In this document: positions 11,846 to 26,198 of the stretch, one piece after another | Layout of the letters: each line of letters starts with the position of its first letter | Position numbering within the stretch: the first letter of the stretch is position 1 | Assembly: GCF_964204645.1 (NCBI RefSeq) | Contig: NC_134028.1 | Location: forward strand, 14,267,653-14,331,652 | Reading direction: 5' to 3' | Source of the DNA: Tubulanus polymorphus | Lineage: Eukaryota; Animalia; Nemertea | Length of the DNA: 64,000 bases | The notes under the pieces: model-generated | Seen by the model: the letters and a program-made list of their open reading frames with translations, nothing else | What the model was told of the DNA's origin: nothing | Databases searched by the model: none | Program-made: the position numbers and the translations under genes

Positions 11846-13570
11846 GTCTGTGAAAATTGTGGTCAAACAAGTAAAATGGAAAAATCAACCCTGTAAAAGA
11901 CAGATGCCGATATTAAACATCCTTCTTAGTGCGGCGATACTTTTTACAGGGGCAATGCCTACTAAAACCCTCAGACTTTTCAGGTAAGCCCTACTTAGAA
12001 GATAGAAAATAAAGTTAATTGTTTACTTGTAGCCCTCTTGAGTTAGACTGGATTGTAGCTGATAGCACACTGAATCTTATCAGGATATTAGGAAAGTTCG
12101 TTTTGATTAGCCTTTAGACCATTGGAATGTAATTAAGTATTCAAAATGTTTCGGACTTTTGTACAATGTACATTTTCAGCTTTCTCAACATTGAATGTTT
12201 ATCGATCAGGACGGTTTTTACACATCAATCAACATACCTCTATGATGTAATTACCAATGTGTGGAAACGGTCAAAAGAGATGCTTTTTGAAAGTATTCAA
12301 GGTAAACGTCTTATACTCGGTGGTGACGCGCGATGTGATTATATGGGCCATAGCGCTAAATTCGGGAGTCACAGTCTAATGGACCTTGAAAAAAAATAAA
12401 ATACTGTCAATGAATCTCGTACAGGTAATTTCATCTAATGATGCCTTAGGTTTTCCTTTAAAGGAAAAAAAAACATACGTAACTGTTCACATTTTCAGTC
12501 AAATGAAACCAAGAGCAGCTATCATATGGAGCTGGAGGGACTCAAACGGTGTCGTCAAAATGTGGATGAGTGTGAAATCAAGGGCTTCTATTAGAATTCA
12601 TTTCAAATAATTTATTTACAGATATGGAGTGTTATGTGGATTTGGTTGACATCATCACTAAACCCTCCTTTGTGAAGGATATTGTAAAAATGTCGGCATA
12701 TGGGCAAAGGAGTGGGGTTGAATGTTTTCACAGCCTGGTCAACCATTTCGCCCCCAAAATGTACATGTTTTCCTACTTGGGGATGCAAAGCAGGTGAATT
12801 TTTAAGTACTAGTATTTATACGTATTTTGGTCGTATCAAACTTGATAGATATTTTCAAGACTTAGATAATTCAGTAATTTTTGTTTTTACAGAATACTTT
12901 TGGCTGTAATGCATTACAATGAGAATGCCGGAAGACCACAGGCCGCTACAAAAGGGGGAATACGGCAATTTACTGTAGCTTACCCAAGAGGCTAGGGTGG
13001 AGGACATACTCTGAGGAAAGTCCTTGTAAAGGCAACTAATCTTAAGTTAAAAACTTTTTCATTTCTGTGAAGTATTTTAACAACCTCCATGTAGGTTTAC
13101 CTGCTAATTGACGTTAAATATATCTTCCATTTTCTATGTAGCTGTAATGTAAGAGGTATTTTTTCTTTAAAATTCATTCGGTGTGTAATCCTTCTTTATG
13201 TGTATAACCTATACTTTCCACATCTGCATCACATATTTGTAATAAAACTTTCTACTTTTCATTCCCTGTGTATTTGGTCTATGCCGTCTCTGTTATTTTG
13301 TACGAGCACTTGCTTTCAGTTTCATTACACAAAATAAACTGTGGTCCAATCCATTTGTGACCAATTTTTGATCATCTAAGATTTTATCTCATTATTCTAG
13401 GGTATGCTGATGAATGTTGTAATGAGCTTCTTGAGCTAGTTGAAGCAAGGCTGCCAAACAACTTGACTCTTCCTGATGTACCCCCTCCTCTATCTAGATC
13501 GTGGGAACGACCAGACAAAGCTGATGTCATCAGGGAATTTTTCTCGAGATTCCCACAAAATCAAAATTGA
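11846..13570 (+). pseudogene. Intron-containing DDE transposase remnant, probably Kolobok
   Basis: Exons encode AAILFTG, GGDARCDYMGHSAKFGSHSLMD, SSYHMELEGLKRC, LAVMHYNENAGRPQ, PPPLS..ERPDK; GT/AG junctions at ~11984, 12179, 12425, 12498, 12892, 13400. Confidence 0.65.
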
Positions 13571-13649
13571 AAAGGTGAATACATTATATAGAATTGAATT
13601 AGCTGTTTTAATCTTTAGAATCATGCTAATCTAAATTCGGCCAACGATG

Positions 13650-14022
13650 ACCCACAAATATTGCATCCTCTTCATCCCCAGGTGGAGGAAAATGTGCCCG
13701 AATGCACATCACTGCACAAGATGGAAGAACAACACGGTAGCCTTCACCAAGAATCTTCCAACACAAACGAACGAATTGTCTCTAGGCAATATGCCTATAC
13801 TGAGCGTCAAGTGGTCCGTCAAATGCTCTTTATTTGTATTGTTGTATGTAGCCATACCGAGCCCCAATGGATCAAGTGACACCGATGGCAGACAAGGATG
13901 GTCGGTCACACAGGAGGGCACTGGGCTCGTTTTATTATTTTTTTTGACGACTTCCGGTATCTCCTGACAGCAAATGTTTTCTCGCGTCAAGTTCATCGTC
14001 TGGCAGTGTCCACATGAACACG
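13650..14022 (-). pseudogene. P2X7 ballast-domain-like Cys-rich protein (KolX-like accessory gene)
   Basis: CSCGHCQTM..ENICCQEI..CVTDHP then frameshifted YRHIA*RQFVRLCWKILGEGYRVVLPSCAV; convergent with the transposase. Confidence 0.65.
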
Positions 14023-15506
14023 TTAAAATAAAATAACTGTTCTTAAAGACAAATGGCGTTATGTACAATTGTGAATCGTTATTTGAAATAGAAATCATCC
14101 AGTCTGTAATAAATAATACATGTTTTTGCAAATTCTTGGTATATTTAAGAAGACATTCTGTTAGTGTTAGAAATAGAACTTATACATTACTACCCTGAAC
14201 AGGAAACTTTCTATTTATGATATGTGCAGTATAAACCAACTCTCATGCCACCATAAATATAGGCCTAGTAAATTTTTTTGTATATAGATAAACAGAAAAC
14301 CAAAATCTCATTTTGTCCTCTGGTCATTTAACTAACTAAACTAGGCTATAAGTTTGTTTTGCCAAATCCTGGTTCTAGTTTGTTGGTTCACTTCAGCCAT
14401 ACTTAAACGAAATTTGATTGTTTGTGGTAGATTCAAATAAGTTTCATTTTATTCTTCAAATCATTGTTGTTAAAATGTACTTTATTTTATGAATAAAATC
14501 CTACGTATTATGATAAATTTACATATTGAATCCTTGCATTCATTGAAGTTTCGTAAATAGAAATTGAATTGTTTTTCATAATTTGTATTTCAGAGAAAAT
14601 AAAGGATTTCTGGTGTGTGCTGATTACATGACGTTCCTTTGCATAATTTGTGATAAAAGATTTCGTGATGAGAACTTGCCATTCTCGAAGTCTGTTCACG
14701 TCGTGTCGCCTCCAATCAGCATAAATCAATTTAAGTTTCATTTCGTACTATAAGTATTAGAATACGGTACACTTCTCAGAGAATATGTCTAAGATTAATT
14801 AGTCAAATTCATCTACTTACAGCACAGTGCGTATCTATACTTTTTTCGCAACTAACTATTTCGACTATTCTAAAGGTTTAATCGACAATTTTCATTTTCA
14901 TAGGTTCAAATTGTTTGGTTGTTAGTATGACTGAAACATGAAGATGAATTGGTTAAATTTTTATGTGGACAAATATATAATCTTATTTACTACCTGACCA
15001 CTTATTTTGGAAGATGATGATTTTTTTCTTTTGGTTGACAAGGGTAACTGTATTTGTGTTGTGTTATTGCCTGAACACTGCTCTGATATCAGATGTTACA
15101 CGTTACTATCATTGTATCACCAGATCACGTCCGAAGCTATTTCCAGTCAGTAATCGAAAGATTTTCGAAACAGAGAAATGCGTACGACTTGCTATCACCA
15201 ACTGGACCTGGGACGCTATAACTACACAACAAATCGCTAGTTTTTTTCGTCGCAGAATCAACCAGAATTCGGAGATCCTCAGCAGATCATTCAAAATTAC
15301 AGTTTACGTATCGTCGCATCGTCTGTATATAACGACATGTCACCCATTCGTGAATGACTGAATATCCGGTCGTTACTATCCAGCGTTTGCACATTTTCGC
15401 GCGGTGAATCTCAATCTTTTTGCGGTGGAAGGAGTTTTGATGAGCTTTCAGTATACACGTTTTCCGCAAATTTGGAGGACTAAATTTAATTGGACAAGGG
15501 GGCATC

Positions 15507-16024
15507 TGTCACCCTGATATAAGTCACATATTTTATAATCATATTTATATCTACATTCATACTAATTTCATAAGGGACGGTTCATAATATTTCATATCTC
15601 TTACTACATGGAAATGCTTAACTATAATACTAATATTAATAATGTAAATAACTTATGAATATAGTATTGATATGTGCTTTAATCGTAATCAACATCGTGA
15701 CATTGCTCAATATGTTTTCAAAGTAATTAGCTCTAGTCAGTGATCATCATTAATTAATTTGCGTCTCTCGAACATGTCACTAGGTGTTAGTTTGTGAGTT
15801 CTGATGTCTACAACTTGTCTGACACCTAGTTCTCACATTATACACATGATTCTGTATATAAAGACTTTGTTAAGTTACGATAATCATTCTCATTCCGGGA
15901 TGGAAGGAAGATTGTACATATATGGTTTAACTGCCTTGTTCTTCCTGATGGATGGAATCCTGTACCGCTGGTGTAAATGCTATTTCCCCAGCTAGCCTGC
16001 CGATACAACAACCAGCCGATTACA
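15507..16024 (+). mobile_element. Probable 3' LTR of a truncated LTR retrotransposon
   Basis: Purine tract aagggggc directly before TGT; ends ACA at the junction with Polinton B; TATA-like tatataaag at ~15865. Confidence 0.5.
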
Positions 16025-16928
16025 GAATCACAAACTATTAACATTACCAATAATAATAAGCAAAGTTTGTGTAAGCAAAGTTATTGTAGAACTTGTCTGT
16101 AAGAAATGAATAAACAATATCGAGCAAATAATCCAGATTATCAAAAGGAATGGAGAGAAAATCACCCAGATTATAACCCAGAATACTTGAGACAATGGCG
16201 AACATAAAATCGAGAAAATAATAGAGAACATTATAAAGTGTATAGTAACAATTATCAAAACGAAAGGTGTAGAACAGATTTTAATTTTAAATTGAAAAAA
16301 TGTTTAAGTTCTAAATTATCACAATTATTCACTTAAGATTATCACTCAGACACACTATCTTGTTCATTAGGTTGTTCAGATGAATTCTTAAAATCATGGA
16401 TTATATATCTATTCGATGATAAAATGGATGAAAATAATTATGCTGAATATTTTCATATAGATCATGTATTATCGATATCTTAATTTAATATGAATGATGA
16501 ATATAGCAATAAGTTAATTTGGAATTGGAAGAATCTAAGACCTTTAGAAAAAGTAGAAAATATTAGGAAAGGAAACGAACTAGATTGACAATTATATTTA
16601 GACCAGTAAACAAAGGCAAATACGTTCATAGAGATATGGAATGATGATCCAAATAATGAAAAATATGTTGAGACTTTATTAAGTGGTTAAAGAAGAATAA
16701 TATAATTCAAATACAAAATATTAAAAAAACAATAACTTCAATTATAGCTATTATATTCAAATCTAATATTTTCTTTTCAAAAAGAAAATACTTTATGTCA
16801 CAAATATAATTGTCACAAACAATAACTTCAACTATCTAATATTTCTTAGTTTATACTAGAATTCTTTAAATCAACTAGCTAGTATTAAAATATTATAATA
16901 TTTTGTTTCGCTTTTTTTTCTAAAATAA

Positions 16929-17447
16929 ATGTCTAAGATTATTACTGATAATAATGATAATGTAGCAACTAAAAGTGATAATAATATTGACATTGAATAC
17001 TATTTATATTGTAAATATCAACTTAAGTTACTAATTGCTAGTGGTAAATGTAAAGATTTCTTAGGTAAAATTATAACATATCAAGAATTAGACTCTATGG
17101 ACAAAGAAAAAGTAATACAATATTTTAAAATATGTGAAGAAGCTAGATTAGCTAGAATAAATGATTCTATTTCGGATGGAATAGTAAAATGGTATTCTAA
17201 GTTATGCAACCGGGTAATACCAATTAATGATGAAAATAAATTATCTACTGATTTAAAAAATGATTACTTAGTTATGGCAGAACTGCAAAAATGGGTTGGA
17301 TATGCTCTATTTCAATTAGGCGGAATAATGACATTAATTTCTACTGGTGTAATAACATTTTCTAATACCAAACCTATAGTATATAAATCAGATAATATCG
17401 AAACAGATATTAAATCAGAACAAAAATTAAGTAAAATAAATGAGTGA
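16929..17447 (+). CDS. Polinton hypothetical protein, homologue of 23000-23602
   Basis: Open frame with clear similarity (EYYLYCK..EEARLA..LQKWVGY); T8-N6-TAAATG start. Confidence 0.7.
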   Translation: MSKIITDNNDNVATKSDNNIDIEYYLYCKYQLKLLIASGKCKDFLGKIITYQELDSMDKEKVIQYFKICEEARLARINDSISDGIVKWYSKLCNRVIPINDENKLSTDLKNDYLVMAELQKWVGYALFQLGGIMTLISTGVITFSNTKPIVYKSDNIETDIKSEQKLSKINE

Positions 17448-17698
17448 TGATGTTAAGAAGAGCCTAGATCTGAAAAACAAATTAAATGGGTAAGGGAATT
17501 AGGTAAAAGATCTTCTGAGTTAAAAAGAGCAAAGAAAAAGAAATTAACTGATACAAATGGATCACAGAAATTATCTCTGTTATTAATTCGAATGATAATC
17601 CATCTAATGCTTCTAATACTGAAAGTAACAATTACTTATATATTACAATTGGATTGATCACAGTAATTATATTCTCTGGTGTAATATATAAATTCACA

Positions 17699-19613
<1,915 letters not shown>

Positions 19614-19938
19614 CTATTATACTAGAAAATAAAGCAAATGATAAAATCATTGAAAATAAATCTAAATTAGTATTAATGGATTAAGATACGATGAAAAAAA
19701 GAACAATATTTAAAGATTTATATTATAAACCAGAGAGTGAAGTATCATATTCTAGTGTTTCAGAATCATAGGATGAAATAAAATGTGATAATGAAAATAT
19801 AAAATATAGTGAATTAAAATTATGGTAAAAATCAACCAACATATCAAATCCATAAGAAAATTGATACAAATTATTTAACGAGAAAAGTTATGGTTTCATA
19901 TATTGATCAACAATGGCAAGCAGATTTAATAGATATGA

Positions 19939-20163
19939 TTTTGCGAATGAATCCGACTCGCATACGAAAATAGACCAGAGACAGACGACGACGACTGTTA
20001 TCGTGTGGTATATGAAGAACTCAGCTTTTATTTTACATAATTTGACATTATAAAGGCGGCCCAGCTATGTTACGCTGTATGAACAGATGTGAAGTGTGAA
20101 AAAGGTAATCCTTACACAATACAGTATTACAATATTATCACAGTTTAATCGTAATTCCCAACA
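19939..20163 (-). repeat. BEL 3' LTR
   Basis: Direct repeat of 51382-51609. Confidence 0.9.
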
Positions 20164-20459
20164 TACTCCCGGCGAGCCAAAAGTTGAAGCCGGGATTTAG
20201 CTTAAAGAGCTGTTGCTCATAAAAATGAAAAATAAATTCTCACACGCTCGAATTTATTTTTCATTTTTATGAGTTTCACTCCTAATTCAAGTAGAAATTG
20301 TAATTATTTTCATGTTTTTCATTTTTTACTCACCCGCCCGTTCAACCTTTAACCTGAAAGCCTATTATCCCTATTACTCTTAAAATATTCGTATATATGA
20401 ATAAAATATAAATCATTGAACTTCTAAAATCTATTTTTAATAAAAAATTTAGTATTAAA

Positions 20460-20711
20460 ATGGAAGCAAATAAGTACTACTGTCCAACATGTAATATCAA
20501 TATAGATAAATCCCAAAAAGCAAAACACAATAAAACTAAAACACATTTAGAGAATAAATTGAAACTAGAATATTTACAGTTATATTCAGAACAGTTAACA
20601 AAAGCAAAGAAATTTATTGAATTATGGAATAATGATCCAAATAATGAACAATACGTTGAGGAATTTGATATCAAGGATCTGATGTTTATACTAGAAAATG
20701 ATTCTATTTGA
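20460..20711 (+). CDS. Chimeric 83-aa ORF: PolB N-terminal zinc finger fused to HNH-protein C-terminus
   Basis: First 38 aa nearly identical to the PolB start; remainder resembles the end of 21956-22702. Confidence 0.45.
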   Translation: MEANKYYCPTCNINIDKSQKAKHNKTKTHLENKLKLEYLQLYSEQLTKAKKFIELWNNDPNNEQYVEEFDIKDLMFILENDSI

Positions 20712-21955
20712 GCCTATATACATTCAATGTACAGAGCTATAGAATAAATCTATAAATTCACAGCTGTTACGGCTGTTACTATGACGCCGAGACATATGAG
20801 TCGTTATTGCAAACGTGCAGAGAGAGAACACTCTAGAACCGGAACTAGATGACGTGGCATAATCAACGACGTGTCATTCTAGAAATCGCCCCGGAAATGA
20901 ACATACGCTGTAATATTGTGCTCAGGATATTCTATCTTTCGAAACGAAATTAGGAGTTTATAGTTTATAATTATAAATCTAAATATGTAAGTACTGTTTT
21001 TGTAGTTATTGGGGCTATTAAATATGAAACCTTTAGATATATTTAAGTGTATTTAGTATATCTTTTAGATGGCTAGAGTTACCGCTAATATCTTTTAGAT
21101 TAATAAAACGCCATACGCATCATGAAGTGATAGAGAAACTCAAGATACTCTTTCTGACTGAGGAATCAACAACAATGGATATCGAACCAATAGAATCACC
21201 AAAAGATCGAAGAAGAAATATAAGAATTTCAAAAACATTAAGACTCCAATGATTAAGTTTAACATTTGTTGATGTAGTTAAATATTTACCAGCAATTGAA
21301 AAATGTTTGTAATTATAAATTGTATTTATAGAAATCAAATGATGTATTGGAAGAAATGACTGAACAACTTGTATAATGTATTGTGTAAATCTACTTGGTG
21401 AATTTTAAAAGCGCGCATGAATGCGCGGTTTGCCTAATGCGAACACGTTAGATATTTCATGTCGGTCGTTTCTATTTTACAGAATTTACAGAATGAATAT
21501 ATAATTATGATTAGCGCATGCGCATTAAGCAAAAGCGCGCATAAATGGCCGCATGTGACACATGTAACGCATGTGACGAGAACATGAATGCGTTTTAATT
21601 TTCTATGTTCAGTTGTTTCTATTTTACAGAATTTATAGAATGAATTTATAATTATGATTAACACATGTGCATTGATCCAAACCGGCCATAAATGGCCGCA
21701 TGTGACGCATGTAACGCATGTGTTGTTTCTATTTTACAGAATTTATAGAATGAATATATAATTATGATTAACGCATGCGCATTAAGCAAAACCGCGCACG
21801 AATGCGCGCTTTTGCCCAGTGGTATTATTTAGATATCAAGGAATCGAAACAATTTATCAAAAGCAGCGAGGAATGAAAAAGGATGACGTTGGTCGAAGAA
21901 ATGGAAGAGGATTCTAAAATTATTAACCAATTTAGTAAAAAAATACGTATAATAA

Positions 21956-22702
21956 ATGGAACCAGAACAACCACAAATTATCAATATTACAAATAACACT
22001 GGCGTTATAAACATATACTACAAGAAGTGTTCTAAATGTGAATTAGATAAATTAGCTTTAACAGAATTTAGTAAGCGTAAGATTAGCAAAGATGGTTTTC
22101 AATATTGTTGTAAAACTTGTACTAAACTATATACCAAACAATATCGAGAAGATAATATAGAACATTATAATTATTATATGGCAGAATATATGAGAGAAAG
22201 ATATCAAACAGATCTTAATTTTAGATTGAAACAATGCTTAAGATCTAGATTAACACAATTATTCAACAAAGAAACACATTCAGAAACACTATCTAATTTA
22301 TTGGGTTGTTCAGATGAATTTCTCAAATCATGGATAATATATCAATTCGATGATAAAATGAATATAGATAATTATGGGGATTATTACCATATTGATCACG
22401 TGTTACCAATATCTAAATTTAACATGAATGATGAATACAATAAAAAACTTATTTGGGGTTGGAAGAATTTAAGACCTTTAGAAAAGAAGGAAAACATAAT
22501 TAAATCTAATAAACTAGATACGAAATTATATTTAGATCAACTGGATAAAGCAAAGACATTTGTTGAATTATGGAACAATAAACTAGATACGAAATTATAT
22601 TTAGATCAACTGGATAAAGCAAAGACATTTGTTGAATTATGGAACAATAATCCAAATAATGAACAATACGTTGAGGAATTTGATATCAAGGATCCGAAAT
22701 GA
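21956..22702 (+). CDS. Zn-binding HNH-type endonuclease, NCLDV-like
   Basis: CSKC..CKTC; YHIDHVLP..NLRPL..EN..K; 69-bp C-terminal tandem duplication. Confidence 0.7.
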   Translation: MEPEQPQIINITNNTGVINIYYKKCSKCELDKLALTEFSKRKISKDGFQYCCKTCTKLYTKQYREDNIEHYNYYMAEYMRERYQTDLNFRLKQCLRSRLTQLFNKETHSETLSNLLGCSDEFLKSWIIYQFDDKMNIDNYGDYYHIDHVLPISKFNMNDEYNKKLIWGWKNLRPLEKKENIIKSNKLDTKLYLDQLDKAKTFVELWNNKLDTKLYLDQLDKAKTFVELWNNNPNNEQYVEEFDIKDPK

Positions 22703-22999
22703 CTTATCTGGACAGTTATAACTACTGCTCCTAATAGATAAACAAAAGTAGTGAGATATCAAATAGAATTCAAATAAAATATATTAAAAAATATATCTTC
22801 AACAAGCTAGTATTAGTTATTGTTTTTTAATACTTTCTTTTCAAAAAGAATACTTTATATCACAAATAAAAAATACTAAAAAAACAATAACTAATACTAA
22901 AATTCTTTACCTTTAACTAAGCTAGTATTAATCTAAAGAGATACTGGTATCATTTGAAGAATACTTATAATATTTTTTTGCTTTTTTCCTCTAATATAA

Positions 23000-23602
23000 A
23001 TGTCAAAGAAATCTAATAAGAATAGTATTGATATTGAAAAGACATTAGATGATTTAGGTATAAGTGATAATAAAGATACAGTTGTTTCTAATTCTATTCA
23101 AGTTAATAACAATATAGATTATGAATACTATTTATATTGTAAGCATCATCTTGAATTATTAATTGCTGGCGGGAAATCTAAGGAGTTTTTAACTAAGACT
23201 ATTACTTTTCAAGAATTAGATGTTATGAAACCAGATAAAGTAATAAAATATTTTAAGATTTATGAAGAGGCAAGATTAGCTAAAATAAATGATTCTATTT
23301 CGAATGGTATTGTCAAATGTTATTCTAAGTTATGTAACCAGTTAATACCAATTGATGATGAAAATAAATTATATAGTGATTTGAAAAATGACTATTTAGT
23401 TATGACTGAATTACAAAAATGGGTTGGTTATGCTTCATTTCAATTGGGATCGGTTATGACATTAATTTCTACTGGCGTCATAACATTTTCGAACATCAAG
23501 CCTATGGAATATAAATCAGGTAAGAACGAAACAGATGTACTACAACCAAACGTCGAAACAGAAAATGAATCAGAACAAAAATTAACTAAAATAAATGAGT
23601 GA
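23000..23602 (+). CDS. Polinton hypothetical protein (200 aa)
   Basis: Intact ORF, conserved in copy B. Confidence 0.75.
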   Translation: MSKKSNKNSIDIEKTLDDLGISDNKDTVVSNSIQVNNNIDYEYYLYCKHHLELLIAGGKSKEFLTKTITFQELDVMKPDKVIKYFKIYEEARLAKINDSISNGIVKCYSKLCNQLIPIDDENKLYSDLKNDYLVMTELQKWVGYASFQLGSVMTLISTGVITFSNIKPMEYKSGKNETDVLQPNVETENESEQKLTKINE

Positions 23603-23992
23603 TGGAGTTAAGAAAAAGGCTAGATCCGAGAACAAATTAAATGGGCAAGAGAATTAGGTAAAAGATCTTCAGAATTAAAAAAAGCTAAGAAAAAGAAATT
23701 AACTGATATAAATGAATCACAGACTTTATCTGATATTGATTCAAATAATAATCCATCTGATTCTTCTAATGTTGGAAGTAATTATAAATTATATATTACA
23801 ATTGGATTTGTAACAGTTATTATATTATCCGGTGTAATATATAAATCAAAATTCAAATCTAATGATAAAGATGATTCCAATGACAATCAGAAACTTAGTT
23901 ATCCGTGTACAGACAGTAAACCTATCATACCAGAAAATAAGTCAAATCATAAGGCCATTGAAACTAAATCTAAATTATTATTAATGGATTAA
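23595..23992 (+). pseudogene. Small basic single-TM Polinton protein, frameshifted
   Basis: TAAATG start; KWARELGKRS.., TM YITIGFVTVIILSGVIY; homologue at 17440-19684. Confidence 0.6.
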
Positions 23993-23998
23993 AATAAG

Positions 23999-25111
23999 AT
24001 GAAAAAAGAACAATATTTAAGAGATTTATATTATAACCCAGAAAGTGAAGTATCATATTCTAACGTTTCAGAATTATGGAATAAAATTAAATCTGATAAT
24101 GAAAATGGTGCCGTACAGCACCCACATGGTGATATAAAATATAGTGAACTAAGATTATGGTTACAAAATCAACCAACATATCAAATCCACAAGAAAATGG
24201 ATAAAACTTATTTAACAAGAAAAGTTATGGTTTCATATATCGATCAACAATGGCAAGCAGATTTAATTGACATGAAGAACTTAGAAGAATACAACAAAGG
24301 ATATTTCTGGATACTGAATGTTATAGACATATTCAGTAGATACGCATGGTCAATTCCAATCAAAAATAAAACTGGAATAGAAGTTACAAATGCTTTTAAA
24401 TCTATATTTAAAGAAGCTATTCCAGATAAGATACAATTTGATGAAGGTAAGGAATTTTATAACAAACATTTTAAAAAACTATTATCTGATAACGATGTAG
24501 AATATTTTTCAACACACTCAGATAAAAAAGCATCTATTATAGAAAGATTTAATAAAACATTGAAATCTAGAATGTGGAAATATTTTACTGCTAATGAAAC
24601 ATATAAATATATCAATGTGTTAGATGATTTAGTGAAAGGTTATAATAATTCTAAACATAGTTCTATAAATATAAAACCTATACAAGCTAGAAAAGAAGAT
24701 AATTCAGAAATGGTTTGGAATAATTTATATGGCGCGTTTGTTGCACATGATTTCGGAGAACCTAAATTTAAAATAGGACAACACGTAAGAATATCTAAAT
24801 ATAGAAAAACCTTTTATAAAGGTTATACCCCAAATTTTACAGGAGAATTATTCAAGATTAAAAAGATAATATTAACTAAACCTTTTGTTTATAAATTAGA
24901 AGATTTAAAAGATGAAGAAATATTAGGTTATTTCTATGAACAAGAATTATCACTTGTACCAAATCCAGATGAAATAGAATACAAAATAGAAAAAGTATTG
25001 AAAACAAAAACTCTTAAAGGAAAAAAGTATTCTTTGGTGAAATATAAAGGATATGATGATAAATTTAATGAATGGATTTTATCTAGTAAAATTAAAAGAA
25101 TAAATGAATAA
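23999..25111 (+). CDS. int: Retroviral-type (rve) integrase with C-terminal chromodomain
   Basis: DDE: WQADLIDM, QFDEGKEF, IERFNKTLK; chromo YKIEKVL..LVKYKGY..NEWI; frame intact. Confidence 0.95.
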   Translation: MKKEQYLRDLYYNPESEVSYSNVSELWNKIKSDNENGAVQHPHGDIKYSELRLWLQNQPTYQIHKKMDKTYLTRKVMVSYIDQQWQADLIDMKNLEEYNKGYFWILNVIDIFSRYAWSIPIKNKTGIEVTNAFKSIFKEAIPDKIQFDEGKEFYNKHFKKLLSDNDVEYFSTHSDKKASIIERFNKTLKSRMWKYFTANETYKYINVLDDLVKGYNNSKHSSINIKPIQARKEDNSEMVWNNLYGAFVAHDFGEPKFKIGQHVRISKYRKTFYKGYTPNFTGELFKIKKIILTKPFVYKLEDLKDEEILGYFYEQELSLVPNPDEIEYKIEKVLKTKTLKGKKYSLVKYKGYDDKFNEWILSSKIKRINE

Positions 25112-25715
25112 AGATTTATTTATATTTGAACCGCATAATATGTTAATAACTGGAGTAACCAATTGTGGTAAAACACATTTCATATTAGACTTGTTAGAAA
25201 CTATTTATAAGAATCATTTTGATAATATAATATTATTCTGTCCTACTTATGAAATGAATAAAACATATAATAGAGATATAGTTCAGATGAAAAAGTTTAT
25301 TATATTAAATCCTAAAATAGTAAAAGAAAATTTAGATAATTGTATTAAAATAGCAATTGATACTTATAAAGGATCAAATACATTATTCATTATAGATGAT
25401 TGCGCAAATTTACATGATTCAAAAGTTAGAGAAAGTGAGTTATGTTATTTGGCTTTCTCTGGGAGACATTTTGGGATAACAACATGGGTTTTAAATAAAA
25501 AATATAATTCAATTGTTAAAGACTTTAGGGAGAATATAAGATTTCTAGTTTTATTTTATAACAAAGATAAAAAATCTATGCAACAATCATTGGAAGAAAA
25601 TCAAATTATACCCACTGAATTACATGATGAATATATGAATAAATTAAAGAATAATAAAGGTTCAAAATTATTACTGAGACTACAATTTCCATATGAATAT
25701 AAATTTATAAAATAA
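25104..25715 (+). CDS. A32/FtsK-HerA DNA packaging ATPase
   Basis: Walker A GVTNCGKT, Walker B FIIDD, GRH motif. Confidence 0.9.
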   Translation: MNKDLFIFEPHNMLITGVTNCGKTHFILDLLETIYKNHFDNIILFCPTYEMNKTYNRDIVQMKKFIILNPKIVKENLDNCIKIAIDTYKGSNTLFIIDDCANLHDSKVRESELCYLAFSGRHFGITTWVLNKKYNSIVKDFRENIRFLVLFYNKDKKSMQQSLEENQIIPTELHDEYMNKLKNNKGSKLLLRLQFPYEYKFIK

Positions 25716-25739
25716 AATTTATAATTTGGAATATTATAG

Positions 25740-25919
25740 AAACTAATTTATATATCTATATACTAGACGTACGAGTAAGAAAGTAAGATTCTTGCCAAGA
25801 AAGTAAGAAAGTAAGAATCTTGGTAAGAATTCTTACCAAGATTCTTACTTTCTTACTTTCTTGGCAAGAATCTTACTTTCTTACTCGTACGTCTAGTATA
25901 TAGATATATAAATTAGTTT
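25740..25919. repeat. 180-bp perfect spacerless palindrome between convergent gene blocks
   Basis: 90-bp arms centred on GAATTC (25827-25832); second imperfect copy 26052-26190; related copies at 54213-54320 and 54475-54535. Confidence 0.92.
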
Positions 25920-26198
25920 TATAATAATTATTCTAAATTTAAATTATAAAAATGAATAAATTATATGTTTTCTCTTAATAAAAATAAAAATAGATTATAT
26001 TATAACTATTTCTATACTTAGATTAATAATTTTATGTTTTTAATTTTTATGAAAACTAAATTATATATCTATGTACTAGACGTACGAGTAAGAAAGTAAG
26101 ATTCTTACCAAGAAAGTAAGATTTCTTGGATTCTTGGATTCTTACCAAGATTCTTACGTACGTCTAGTATAAAGTTATATAAATTAGTTTTATAATAA

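Noticed and set aside
25740-25919. Baculovirus hr origin or TAAG late promoters
   Set aside because: GAATTC centre and GTAAG units are superficial; no hr spacing and no downstream gene starts
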